Source of the DNA: Polyangia bacterium
GTDB lineage: Bacteria > Myxococcota_A > Polyangia > Nannocystales > Nannocystaceae
DNA length: 55,180 bases
Assembly (NCBI GenBank): GCA_030431075.1
Contig: JAUIJR010000001.1
Location: forward strand, 1-55,180
Direction: 5' to 3'
In this document: positions 34,855-43,550 of the stretch, in pieces
Position numbering within the stretch: the stretch's first letter is position 1
How the letters are laid out: every line of letters begins with the position of its first letter
The notes under the pieces: generated by a model
Database searches by the model: none
Told to the model about the DNA's origin: nothing
The model's input: only the letters and a program-made list of their open reading frames with translations
Program-made: the position numbers and the translations under genes

Positions 34855-35847
34855 TCAGGGGACGAGGTCGATGCACACGAAGATGTGGCACCAGCCCGAG
34901 CAGCAGTTGGGGTTGACCCCCGGCTCGGTGCAAAAGCCCTCGTTGGGCGTGCAGCTCGTGTTCTGACACCCCGACAGGTTCAAGGTGCAGTCGCTGTTGC
35001 AGCTGATGGTGCCCGTGTCGAAGCCGTTGTTCTGGCAGGTGTTGCCGTTGAGCAGGCTTCCATCGCAGGCCTCGCCCGCGTCGAGCTGACTGTTGCCGCA
35101 GGTGGGGAAGGGTATGCAGCCGGCGTCACTCACCGACTGGCAGCCGGCCAGGCACAGCAGATCGCCGCCCATGTAGCCGCGAGCCACACAGCTGTCCGTG
35201 CCGAAGTCCGTGCCGTCGCAAAGCTCGAGGGTCTCGCGGTTGCCGTTGCCGCAGCTGAAGCAACCCGCGGTCGAGACTTCGCAGCTCGAGTTACAGGCGA
35301 GGTCTCCGTCGGGAAGGCTGTTGCCGGTCTGGTTTCCGCAGTTCGAGGCGCCGAAGTCGTCGCCGTCGCACTGCTCGCCCGTCTCGCGGACGCCGTTGGG
35401 GCAGACGGCCGCGCCATCGCCATCGCCATCGCCGTCGCCATCACCATCGCCATCGCCATCACCATCGCCATCGCCATCGCCATCGCCATCGCCGTCACCA
35501 TCGCCATCGCCATCGCCGTCGCCGTCGCCATCGCCATCGCCGTCACCATCGCCATCGCCATCGCCGTCGCCGTCGCCATCCCCGTCGCCATCGCCGTCGC
35601 CATCGCCATCACCATCACCGTCGCCATCGCCATCGCCATCACCATCACCCGTCGCGTTGGTCTCCGAGCTCTCGCCTTCGGTGTCGGAGTCGCTTTGACC
35701 CTCGTCCCCGGTGGTCTCCGAGTCCTCGTCTTCGCCCAAGCTGGTGCTGCTCGGACCAAAGGTGTTCTGACTCGCGGAGTCCCCGACGTTTCCTCCCCCG
35801 GCGCAGCCGCAAAGCAACGCGGCCAACGCAAACAAGCTACGACGCAT
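34855..35847 (-). CDS. lipoprotein: acidic linker, (Gly-Asp)39 tract, three Myxococcus cysteine-rich repeats, C-terminal knottin-like Cys motif
   Basis: The signal [15 protein letters not shown] is followed by an S/T/E/D-rich linker and a GD dipeptide run. Three CGNG/CPNG...E.CDG...C...C units of TIGR02232/DUF4215 type follow. The last 32 aa are [32 protein letters not shown]. Confidence 0.8.
   Translation of the reverse strand: MRRSLFALAALLCGCAGGGNVGDSASQNTFGPSSTSLGEDEDSETTGDEGQSDSDTEGESSETNATGDGDGDGDGDGDGDGDGDGDGDGDGDGDGDGDGDGDGDGDGDGDGDGDGDGDGDGDGDGDGDGDGDGDGDGDGDGDGDGAAVCPNGVRETGEQCDGDDFGASNCGNQTGNSLPDGDLACNSSCEVSTAGCFSCGNGNRETLELCDGTDFGTDSCVARGYMGGDLLCLAGCQSVSDAGCIPFPTCGNSQLDAGEACDGSLLNGNTCQNNGFDTGTISCNSDCTLNLSGCQNTSCTPNEGFCTEPGVNPNCCSGWCHIFVCIDLVP
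35413..35649 (-). repeat. in-frame imperfect hexanucleotide repeat encoding G(DG)39
   Basis: I read the codons base by base as GCC/ACC/CCC + ATC/GTC on the plus strand, which is GG[CTG] GA[TC] on the coding strand. Synonymous variation is scattered through the tract. Confidence 0.95.
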
Positions 35848-35909
35848 GGCCGAAGCTTAGTCGATATTGCCCTCGGGGGAAGGTGAGCTGACTCGCTAAC
35901 GCGCCGGAC

Positions 35910-36323
35910 CTAGGGCAGGTCATCGGCGTTCAGCACAAAGGTGTAGTCGGCCCGGACGGCGGTGAGCTCGGCGGCTTCCCATCGCGCATCGTCGATCTCG
36001 TCCAGCTCGAGTCGGACCTCGCTTTCACCGCTCACGCGAAAGGTAAGCGAGGTCAGTATCTCTGAGGGCAGCAACACCTCGCCGGCGAGCTCTTTGACCA
36101 GCAAAGTGCTCTCGCCCGAGGGTAGGGGAACACTTCCGTCTTCCGCGACGCCCTCGCCCGTGACGGTCCAGCTCACGGTGAGCGCTTCGCCACTTTGGTT
36201 GTCCACGAACAGCTCCGTCAGCAGCGCGCTCCCGCCAAAGGAGGGGCTTTGGCAGCTCCAGCTGGGGGCGAAGGCGAGCGCGCCGAGCACGAACGCGAGG
36301 CGAGGGGGCAGTGCGCGGGCCAT
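35910..36323 (-). CDS. small exported hypothetical protein
   Basis: The internal ATG gives MARALPPRLAFVLGALAFAPSWSC, which is signal-like and possibly a lipobox. A beta-rich region of about 110 aa follows. Confidence 0.5.
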   Translation of the reverse strand: MARALPPRLAFVLGALAFAPSWSCQSPSFGGSALLTELFVDNQSGEALTVSWTVTGEGVAEDGSVPLPSGESTLLVKELAGEVLLPSEILTSLTFRVSGESEVRLELDEIDDARWEAAELTAVRADYTFVLNADDLP

Positions 36324-36413
36324 GGGCCCCCATGATCGCGCATCCGCGACCCCTCGCAAGGGGCTGCGCCGAGCGTGTTTGACCGGCGCCGAAGCGGCGT
36401 GTAACTCCCTCGC

Positions 36414-37538
36414 ATGCGCCGACTCGCGCCCTGGGGACTCGTGTTCGCCCTGTGCGCGAGCGCGTGTCGCGGGGACGAGGGCCCGCCGCCGTCGAGCGCA
36501 CAGGTCCCGAACGCGGGACAGATCCGGATCTCGGTCGCGTCCGCGCAGGCGAGCATGGGGCAGATCGAGTTCGCCGCCGCCTCGGTGGGTGTCGTCGATG
36601 CCTGGCAGGACGCGGACTTGCGCGCGGAAGTCGGCGGTCGAGTTCGCGCGGTCGAGGTCGATAACGGCGACCGCGTCGAGGTCGGCGAGCTGCTCGTTCG
36701 CATCGACGTCTCACGGCAAGCGGCCGCCGCCGCCGCCGCCCGCGCCCAGGTCGAGGGGCTCGAAGAGGACTTGGACTTCGCGCGCAGCGAAGCCGAGCGC
36801 AAGCAACGGCTGCTCGAGCGTGGCTCGGTCGCCCCGGTGACTCTCGATGCTGCGCAGCATGGCGTGACCAAGGCCGAGTCGGGGTTGGCGGCTGCGCGCG
36901 CGCAGCTCAGCTCGGCGCGTCGGCAGGTCGCCGATGGCCGAATCGAGGCGCCCATCGCCGGGATCGTCACGCAACGCATGGTCGATCCCGGCGACACCGC
37001 GGTGCCCGGAGCGCCCTTGCTTCAGATCGTCGACCTCTCGCGCTTGCGGGTGCGCGTCGGCGTCTCGGGACCCGAGCTCTCGGGGCTGACCTTGGGCAGC
37101 CAAGCCGAGGTGCGCATCGAAGATCTCGGCGGCCTCGCGCTCGAAGCGGAGGTCGTCAGCATCGCCCCGGCCGCCAATCCACGCACGGGCTTGTTCGACG
37201 TCGAGCTTCATGCCGAAAACCCGGGTGCACAGGTGCGCGCGGGAATGGTGGCGAGCGTTCGCCTGCAAAGTGCACAACGTGAGCCGCGGGTCTTGGTCCC
37301 GCGTGAGGCGGTGACCCGCCGCGGCGGGCAGACCGTCGTCTTCCAGATCGTCGAAGAAGTCGTGCACATTCGGCCGGTTCGCTTGGGGGCTTCCGGGCGC
37401 GATCGCATCGAGATCCTCGAGGGCCTCGAGGAGGGCGCCGAGGTGGCGACTTCGGCGCTGCACGCCTTGGCCGAAGGGGTGGAGGTCGAGCGCATGCCCG
37501 CCACTGCCGACACCCCACACCCCGTCGAGGCGCCCTGA
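36414..37538 (+). CDS. efflux RND transporter periplasmic adaptor (membrane fusion protein)
   Basis: Has a lipoprotein-type signal (MRRLAPWGLVFALCASAC). An HlyD/MFP pattern is present: lipoyl-like EVGGRVRAVEVDNGDRVEVGELL, a coiled coil, then IEAPIAGIVTQR. It sits immediately upstream of the RND pump gene. Confidence 0.85.
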   Translation: MRRLAPWGLVFALCASACRGDEGPPPSSAQVPNAGQIRISVASAQASMGQIEFAAASVGVVDAWQDADLRAEVGGRVRAVEVDNGDRVEVGELLVRIDVSRQAAAAAAARAQVEGLEEDLDFARSEAERKQRLLERGSVAPVTLDAAQHGVTKAESGLAAARAQLSSARRQVADGRIEAPIAGIVTQRMVDPGDTAVPGAPLLQIVDLSRLRVRVGVSGPELSGLTLGSQAEVRIEDLGGLALEAEVVSIAPAANPRTGLFDVELHAENPGAQVRAGMVASVRLQSAQREPRVLVPREAVTRRGGQTVVFQIVEEVVHIRPVRLGASGRDRIEILEGLEEGAEVATSALHALAEGVEVERMPATADTPHPVEAP

Positions 37539-37541
37539 GCC

Positions 37542-40500
37542 ATGGTGCGCTTCTTTTTGGAGCGACACCTGCTCGTTCACGTGATCACCGTGGTGGTGCT
37601 CGCGCTCGGCTTGTTCATCATGTCGAACTCGCAGCGCGAGGGCTTTCCGGGGGTGACGCTGAACCAGGTCGTCATTACGGCCGTCATGCCGGGCGCCTCG
37701 CCCGAGGACGTCGAAGCCAAGCTCGTCGGGCCCATCGAAGAGGCCGTCGCCGAAGTCGACGGGGTCGAGAGCTACTTCTCGGTCGCGCGGGAGTCGATGG
37801 GGGTCATCACCGTCGATCTGCACGGGGACTTTGGCGCCGCGCAGGTCAAAGAGGCCGAGGACGACCTGCAAAAGGCCCTCGACGCGATTACCGATCTACC
37901 GAGCGACCTCGAGACGCCGCCCGTGATCAGCCGCTTCGATCCGGCGAAGATGCCGGTCCTCGAGATCGCGGTCACCGGGCCTTGGTCGGGGTTGAGGGCG
38001 GTGGCCGAGGAGGTCGAGGCCCGCATGCGGCGACTTCCCGGTGTGTCGCGGGTCGAGATCATCGGCATCGGTGAGCGCGAGCTCCACGTCTTGGTCGATC
38101 CGCGTCGTGCCCACCGCAAGGGCGTCACCCTCGACGAAGTCATGGCCGCCATCGCGCGGCGCAACGTGGCGAGCACGGGGGGCAAGCTCACCGTGCATCC
38201 CGAGCAGCGCCAGGTGGTGGTGTCGGGCGAGTACCGCAGCGCGGCCGAGATCGCCGACACCCTCTTGCGCTTCGATGCGGCCGGCGGCGGTGGCCTTCGC
38301 GTCTCCGACGTCGCCGAGGTCGTCGAGGCCGAAGAGGAGACCGGCTTGCGCGCGCATGCCGATGGGCAGCGGATGATCAGCGTGCTCGTCTCCAAGCGTG
38401 CCAGCGCCGACATCCTCGACGTGGTCGACGCAATCCGGGCGGACATCGAGGGGCAGCCCTTCCCCGAGGGCTACAGCTACTCGCTGTACAACGATCAGTC
38501 CCGCCTGGCGCGCAACCGCCTGTCGGTCGTGTACTCGAACGGGCTCGGCGGCGTGGTCCTGGTGCTCTTGGTGCTGCTCGTCTTTTTGAGCGTGCGGGTC
38601 GCCTTTTGGGTCGCCTTTGGCTTGCCCTTTTGCATCTTGGGCGTGCTCGCGTTGCTCCCCGGTGTCGGCGTGACCATCAACATGGTCTCGATGGCCGGAT
38701 TCGTTTTGGTCATCGGCATCGTGGTCGACGACGCCATCGTCGTGGCCGAGCGCATCGCCTACTGGCAAGAGAAGGGGGAGTCCGCGATCGAAGCGGCGGT
38801 ACGGGGCACCAAGGAGATGGCCATCCCGGTGGTCGGCAGCTCCCTGACGACGGTCTTGGCCTTCTCGCCGATGTTCATGATCGGGGGCATCCCGGGCAAG
38901 TTCGCCTGGGCCATCCCGACGATCGTGATCTTGACCCTCATCGTCTCCTTGTTCGAGTGCTTTTTCATCTTGCCCTCGCACATGGCGGGCAATGGCAAGG
39001 TCCGCAGTCGACCCAAGGCCGCGTGGTTGCAGCGCATGGAGGCCGGCTACGCGCGGCTGTTGACGCGCCTTTTGCCTCACGGCGGGAAGATCGGCGTGGC
39101 CTTTTTCGCCTTGTTCGTCTTTTCGAGTCACCACGCGGTGACCTCGATGCCGGTGCAGCTCTTCCCGCAAGACGACGCCGACGCCTTGTACGTCAAGGTT
39201 CGTGCCCCGCTCGGGCGCCCGGTCGAGTTTAGCGAGGCGGCCGCACGCGCCATCGAGGCCCAACTGCCCGCCTTGATCGGCGAAGACCTCGAGGGCGTCA
39301 CGGCGCGAATCGGACACCAAGAGCCCGAGAAGCTCGCCTTGAACCGCGGCTCTTCCGAACACGAGGGACTCGTCACCGCCTACCTCGAAAACGAGCGTCG
39401 CTGGTCGGCGCATGCCTGGATCTCCCGGCTACGCGAGGATTTGGTGGTGCCCGAAGGCGTCGAGGTCGTGCTCGAGGCCAAGCGGATCGGGCCGCCCTTG
39501 GGCAAGCCGGTGACGGTGCACATCGCCTCGCAAGACGATCGGGCCCGCGTCTCGGCCGCCAACGAGGTGCTCGCCTATCTCTCGGGGATCGAGGCGGTCG
39601 AAGGCCTCGAGAGCGACGAGCGGCCCGGGATCACGCAGGTCGACCTGCGCTTGGACTACGAGCGCCTGGCCCTCAAGCGCGTGCCGGTGGAGACGGTCAC
39701 GCGTACGGTCCAAGCGGCCTTCTTTGGGCTGCCGATCTCGGAGATCGGTGCGGGCCCTCGGGAGCGCAAGGTACGGGTGCGCTTCGATCGGGGGGCGCGC
39801 TCCGAGCTCGAGTCGCTCTTGTCGATGCCGGTGGCCGGCATCGATGGGCAGTTGCACTCTCTACGCGACGTCGTGAACCCGGTCGAGGTGCCCGCCCTCG
39901 CCGAGATTCACCACCGCGAAGGCATCCGCACCTTGACGGTCAGCTCGCAGCTCGCCGCCGGCAGCGGGGAGACGGCGACCTCGATGGCCAAGCGCCTCCA
40001 AGCCGAGCTGCTCCCGCGCTTCGAAGGGCGCGGCGGTGACCTGCGCGTCTACATCGGCGGCGAGGCGACCAAGAGCGCCGAGACGATCGGCGACATGCCG
40101 GCCGTGCTCGGCATGGCGGTCGCCGGCATCGTGATGGTGGTGTGGCTCTTGACCGGCTCGGTGCTCCAGGCCCTGTTCGTGATCAGCGCCATCCCCCTGG
40201 GCTTTGTCGGCGTGGTCTGGGCCTACGAAGCCCACCAGATCCCCATCTCGATGTTCGCCCTGCTCGGCGTCACCGGGCTCGCGGGGGTCGTCGTCAATGA
40301 CTCCATCGTCATGGTGACCAGCCTCAACAAGACGGCCTTGGCGGCGCGGGACGTGCCGGAACTCATCGCCGAGGTCTCGAGTGGCGCGGCCGAACGCCTG
40401 CGCCCCGTGCTCTTGACCACCTTGACCACCGTCGCGGGGGTCATGCCCACCGCCTACGGACTCGGCGGACGCGATGCCCTGCTCTCGCCCATGTCCGTCG

Positions 40501-40673
40501 CTTTGGGCTACGGCCTGATCTTTGGCACCACCATCACCTTGTTTTTGGTGCCCTCGCTTTACGTGGTGCGCCGGCGCATCGAGATGCGCGTGGCCCGGTG
40601 GTTCCGCCGAGCGCCCACGCCTCAGGCCGGGGAGCACGACGAAGCTCAGTTTGTCTCGAACACGAAGGGATAG
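37542..40673 (+). CDS. efflux RND transporter permease (AcrB/AcrD/AcrF family)
   Basis: 1043 aa with a duplicated 6-TM plus large-loop architecture. Typical strings are present (GFPGVTLNQVVITAVMPGASPEDVE, VVDDAIVVAERI, VVNDSIVMV). Confidence 0.95.
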   Translation: MVRFFLERHLLVHVITVVVLALGLFIMSNSQREGFPGVTLNQVVITAVMPGASPEDVEAKLVGPIEEAVAEVDGVESYFSVARESMGVITVDLHGDFGAAQVKEAEDDLQKALDAITDLPSDLETPPVISRFDPAKMPVLEIAVTGPWSGLRAVAEEVEARMRRLPGVSRVEIIGIGERELHVLVDPRRAHRKGVTLDEVMAAIARRNVASTGGKLTVHPEQRQVVVSGEYRSAAEIADTLLRFDAAGGGGLRVSDVAEVVEAEEETGLRAHADGQRMISVLVSKRASADILDVVDAIRADIEGQPFPEGYSYSLYNDQSRLARNRLSVVYSNGLGGVVLVLLVLLVFLSVRVAFWVAFGLPFCILGVLALLPGVGVTINMVSMAGFVLVIGIVVDDAIVVAERIAYWQEKGESAIEAAVRGTKEMAIPVVGSSLTTVLAFSPMFMIGGIPGKFAWAIPTIVILTLIVSLFECFFILPSHMAGNGKVRSRPKAAWLQRMEAGYARLLTRLLPHGGKIGVAFFALFVFSSHHAVTSMPVQLFPQDDADALYVKVRAPLGRPVEFSEAAARAIEAQLPALIGEDLEGVTARIGHQEPEKLALNRGSSEHEGLVTAYLENERRWSAHAWISRLREDLVVPEGVEVVLEAKRIGPPLGKPVTVHIASQDDRARVSAANEVLAYLSGIEAVEGLESDERPGITQVDLRLDYERLALKRVPVETVTRTVQAAFFGLPISEIGAGPRERKVRVRFDRGARSELESLLSMPVAGIDGQLHSLRDVVNPVEVPALAEIHHREGIRTLTVSSQLAAGSGETATSMAKRLQAELLPRFEGRGGDLRVYIGGEATKSAETIGDMPAVLGMAVAGIVMVVWLLTGSVLQALFVISAIPLGFVGVVWAYEAHQIPISMFALLGVTGLAGVVVNDSIVMVTSLNKTALAARDVPELIAEVSSGAAERLRPVLLTTLTTVAGVMPTAYGLGGRDALLSPMSVALGYGLIFGTTITLFLVPSLYVVRRRIEMRVARWFRRAPTPQAGEHDEAQFVSNTKG

Positions 40674-41032
40674 CGCACCCACACCGGGCCGAGGTGCGGG
40701 CGCGGAAAGTCCCAGCGCATCATGGCCCGGGCGAGGCAGTCGTTCATGCGGGCGGGGAGCTCGCTTTGTTCGACCTCGAACTCGCTCGCTTTGCCTTCGT
40801 CCGAGATGCGAAAGCGAAAGAGGGTGCGCCCCCGAAGCTCGGGTTGCTCGCGCAACGCAAGGTTGTAGCACCAGCGCAGTTCGTCGAGGTGCGCCTCCAC
40901 GGTCGCTTGGATTTCGTCACCGGCCAGACCGCTGGGGCCCCCGCCGGGACCCGATCCGGGACCCGATCCGGGAGCGGCTCCGACGACGCCGAGGAACAAG
41001 AGGCTTGCGAGCTTGCGGGCCAGGTGGACCAT
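40646..41032 (-). CDS. small secreted protein with AgmX/PglI-type C-terminal domain
   Basis: The internal ATG gives MVHLARKLASLLFLGVVGAAPG, followed by a (GSGP) linker. The domain reads LRWCYNLALREQPELRGRTLFRFRISDEGKA...NDCLARAMMRWDFPRP...VRYPFVFE. The family name is from recall. Confidence 0.55.
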   Translation of the reverse strand: MVHLARKLASLLFLGVVGAAPGSGPGSGPGGGPSGLAGDEIQATVEAHLDELRWCYNLALREQPELRGRTLFRFRISDEGKASEFEVEQSELPARMNDCLARAMMRWDFPRPHLGPVWVRYPFVFETN

Positions 41033-41101
41033 GCCGAGTACACGCCGCGGCCGCTTTCGAGTTCCCCCCTCGGGCCTCCCCAAAAAAGTCGGCGGGCGAG
41101 G

Positions 41102-41128
41102 GGAACCCGGGCGCCGGCCGCCCGTGTA
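41102..41128 (+). promoter_or_regulatory. candidate ECF-type promoter (GGAAC-N16-CGTGTAA) upstream of the second ECF sigma gene
   Basis: GGAAC lies at 41102-41106, followed by a 16-nt spacer and CGT at 41123-41125. If this promoter is used, the ATG at 41148 is a more likely start than the GTG at 41136. Confidence 0.3.
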
Positions 41129-41135
41129 AGGTCGC

Positions 41136-41747
41136 GTGGGAGCCGCCATGCCCCTAGACGCATCGGAGAGTGCCCCGAGCTCGGCGCCCGAGCTCGATGA
41201 GCTTGGGCTTCACGCGGCGGCCCGCGGCGACCGCCGCGCGTTTCGGCGCCTGGTCGAGTGCTACGAGGGACGGGTGCGTGCCTTGCTCACGCGCATGATG
41301 GTCGGGCGAAGCCGCGACCTGGTCGACGACCTCACCCAAGAGTGCTTCTTGCGGGTCTTTCGCGCCTTGCCCGGCTTCGACCCGCGAGGGCGGGCCAAGC
41401 TCTCGACGTGGATCTTGACGATCGCCACCCGCTTGGCCATCGACGAGCTTCGGCGTCGTCGACCGCAGCCCGATGCGCGCGTCGAAGAGACGGCCGCGCA
41501 GGGGGTGGGGGACGCCGACTTGGCCCTGCGCCGCGCCCGACTGCGTCGGGCTTTGGTCGGGGCGGTGGCGTCTTTGAGCCCTGACCACCGCGCGGTCTTC
41601 GTACTGCACGCATTTCATGGGCTCGCCTACGCCGAGATCGCGCTGGCCCTCGAGCTGGAGCTCGGGACGGTCAAGTCGCGGATGGGTCGAGCGCGTGCCC
41701 GCATGCGCGAAGCCCTGCGCGAAGAGGAGATGAGAGACGATGTCTGA
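41136..41747 (+). CDS. ECF (sigma-70 family, group 4) RNA polymerase sigma factor
   Basis: Region 2 reads RGDRRAFRRLVECYEGRVRALLTRMM...DDLTQECFLRVF. Region 4 reads HRAVFVLHAFHGLAYAEIALALELELGTVKSRMGRAR. An alternative start is the ATG at 41148. Confidence 0.85.
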   Translation: MGAAMPLDASESAPSSAPELDELGLHAAARGDRRAFRRLVECYEGRVRALLTRMMVGRSRDLVDDLTQECFLRVFRALPGFDPRGRAKLSTWILTIATRLAIDELRRRRPQPDARVEETAAQGVGDADLALRRARLRRALVGAVASLSPDHRAVFVLHAFHGLAYAEIALALELELGTVKSRMGRARARMREALREEEMRDDV

Positions 41748-43431
41748 ACGACGCCCCGCACCAGCCGACACCGAGCGTGACGAGTCCGCCTTGGAGCTCG
41801 ACGCCGATGCGCCCCTGAGCGCGCTCGAGCTCGAGGCCTTGGCGAGCTGGGAGCTCGAGCCGGCGCCCAGCGTGGCCGATCGCGTCATGCAAGCGCTCGA
41901 CGCCCCCCCGGCCGAGCCAAAGCCGCGCCCTTCGTGGCGCCGTCTCGCCATCGCCGCCTCGCTTTTGCTCGGAGTGGGCGTCGCGGGCGTGACGGCCTGG
42001 CAACGGTGGGGGCGACCCTCGACCAAGCTCGTCGCGGGCCCGCCCGCGTCGGTGCAGCGCGTCGAGGCCGACCAGGCGCTGCCGGTGACGCTCTCCTCGG
42101 ACATCGAGGCCTGGGTCGCCCAGTTCGGTCGCCGCTACGGGGTGGCCTTTCGCTTTTCGGGGGTCGTCGCCGTCCGCCGCGGCGAGCAGACGACGGTCTT
42201 GGGCTTTGGGCGGCTCGGCGTGCTCGACGAGGGGCTCCCGGGGGCCGCGACCCAGTTCCGGATCGGGGCGCTGACCCAGCCCATGGTCGCCGTCGCGCTC
42301 GAGCGGATGGTGATGCGCGGGGAGCTTCGCTTGGAAGACAGCCTCGGGCAGCACATCCCCGGGCTTCCGGCGGCGTGGCGCACGATCACCTTGGAGCAGC
42401 TGGTGCGCCACCAAAGCGGCATCCCCAACTTCACCGACTCGATCTCGTGGATGCTTCGCCAAGGCGAGGTCCACGACCCCGAGGAGTTGTGGGGCTACGT
42501 GGCGAACGAGAAGCTGCATTTCGCGCCTGGCCACGACTTCGAAGCCAGCAACACGAACTTTGTGCTCTTGGGCGAGGTGATGGCGCGTCGGGCGGGGAGC
42601 TCGATCGACGAGGTCTTGCGCAGCGAGGTCTTTGTGCCCGCGGGGATGAAGCGAGCGCGGATGGGCTTGGGCGACCCGCGCACGGCCGCCGACGGGATGA
42701 GCTTCGACGAGGACGAAATCCTGATTCCGGCGGACCGGGTCGCGCCTTCTGCCTTGGGGGCCGCGGGCGGCGTCGTGGCCAGCGCCGAGGACTTGCTCGC
42801 CTTCGACGCCGCCTTGCGTGAGGGCGAGCTGCTGCCCGAGCGGCGACTGCGGGAGATGTATAAAGGTATGGGTCGCTACGGCCGGGGGTGGGCGAGCCGC
42901 TGGGTCGAGGGGGACTTCGAAGTCGGCCACCCCGGCGGGCTCGATGGCTTCAATGCGCAGTTCACACGTCGCCTGGCCGACGCAACGACGGTCGTGGTCC
43001 TCGCCAATACGGACGCCGTCGACGCGCGCGTGGTGTCCGAGGGGATCATGTCGGTGGTGGACGGGGTGCGGCCCCAAGCCCCCCTCGAGCGTGAAGAGCG
43101 CGTGGTCCCGGCCGAGCGTCTCGAGGTCTATGTCGGCGACTACGCCATGAGCGAAGCGACGCGAAAGGCCTACTGGGGCAAGCTGCCGGAGGCGGAGCTC
43201 GGTCGCCTCGATCGGGTTCGGGTCCACCGGCGGGCGTCGACCCTGTGGCTGGAGGTCCCCTCTCACGCCGACAAGTGGCTGCACGGATTCGGGGCGGACC
43301 AGTTCTTCGTGAAGGACCGTTCGGGTACCTTGGCCCGCTTCGAGGCGAGCGACCCCCGGCGACCCGATGACTTCGACCGACTGGTCCTCCAGCTGGGCGA
43401 GACCCGCTTCGAGTTCGAGCGAGTGCAGTGA
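41740..43431 (+). CDS. membrane-anchored anti-sigma-like protein with extracytoplasmic beta-lactamase/PBP-fold (serine hydrolase family) domain lacking catalytic motifs
   Basis: Overlaps the sigma gene by 8 nt. An acidic N-terminal region is followed by one TM segment (WRRLAIAASLLLGVGVAGVTAW). The class-C-like fold strings FRIGALTQPMVAVALERMVMRGEL, HQSGIPNF and FEASNTNFVLLGEV are present. Confidence 0.8.
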   Translation: MSERRPAPADTERDESALELDADAPLSALELEALASWELEPAPSVADRVMQALDAPPAEPKPRPSWRRLAIAASLLLGVGVAGVTAWQRWGRPSTKLVAGPPASVQRVEADQALPVTLSSDIEAWVAQFGRRYGVAFRFSGVVAVRRGEQTTVLGFGRLGVLDEGLPGAATQFRIGALTQPMVAVALERMVMRGELRLEDSLGQHIPGLPAAWRTITLEQLVRHQSGIPNFTDSISWMLRQGEVHDPEELWGYVANEKLHFAPGHDFEASNTNFVLLGEVMARRAGSSIDEVLRSEVFVPAGMKRARMGLGDPRTAADGMSFDEDEILIPADRVAPSALGAAGGVVASAEDLLAFDAALREGELLPERRLREMYKGMGRYGRGWASRWVEGDFEVGHPGGLDGFNAQFTRRLADATTVVVLANTDAVDARVVSEGIMSVVDGVRPQAPLEREERVVPAERLEVYVGDYAMSEATRKAYWGKLPEAELGRLDRVRVHRRASTLWLEVPSHADKWLHGFGADQFFVKDRSGTLARFEASDPRRPDDFDRLVLQLGETRFEFERVQ

Positions 43432-43550
43432 GTGCGCCACCTTCCTGAGCCCACATGTGGCCTGGACCGACATGGCGTGAACGCCGCCAGCGGCCAACGG
43501 GGCCGCCGAAAGCGCTGCGTGAGCGACCTCGCTTTTGATAAAGTATCGCC

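Noticed and set aside
35413-35649. A regular short-period repeat that could be mistaken for a CRISPR array or a noncoding microsatellite
   Set aside because: The period is 6 nt with no spacers. It is in frame inside a 330-aa ORF, and synonymous codon mixing shows selection at the protein level.
35198-35698. Plus-strand ORF encoding a (Pro-Ser)n run
   Set aside because: It is a frame-shifted mirror of the (Gly-Asp)n tract. The minus-strand ORF has a lipoprotein signal and recognisable Cys repeats on both sides of the tract.
37896-39413. 505-aa minus-strand ORF opposite the RND pump
   Set aside because: It is an antisense shadow of an unmistakable AcrB-family gene.
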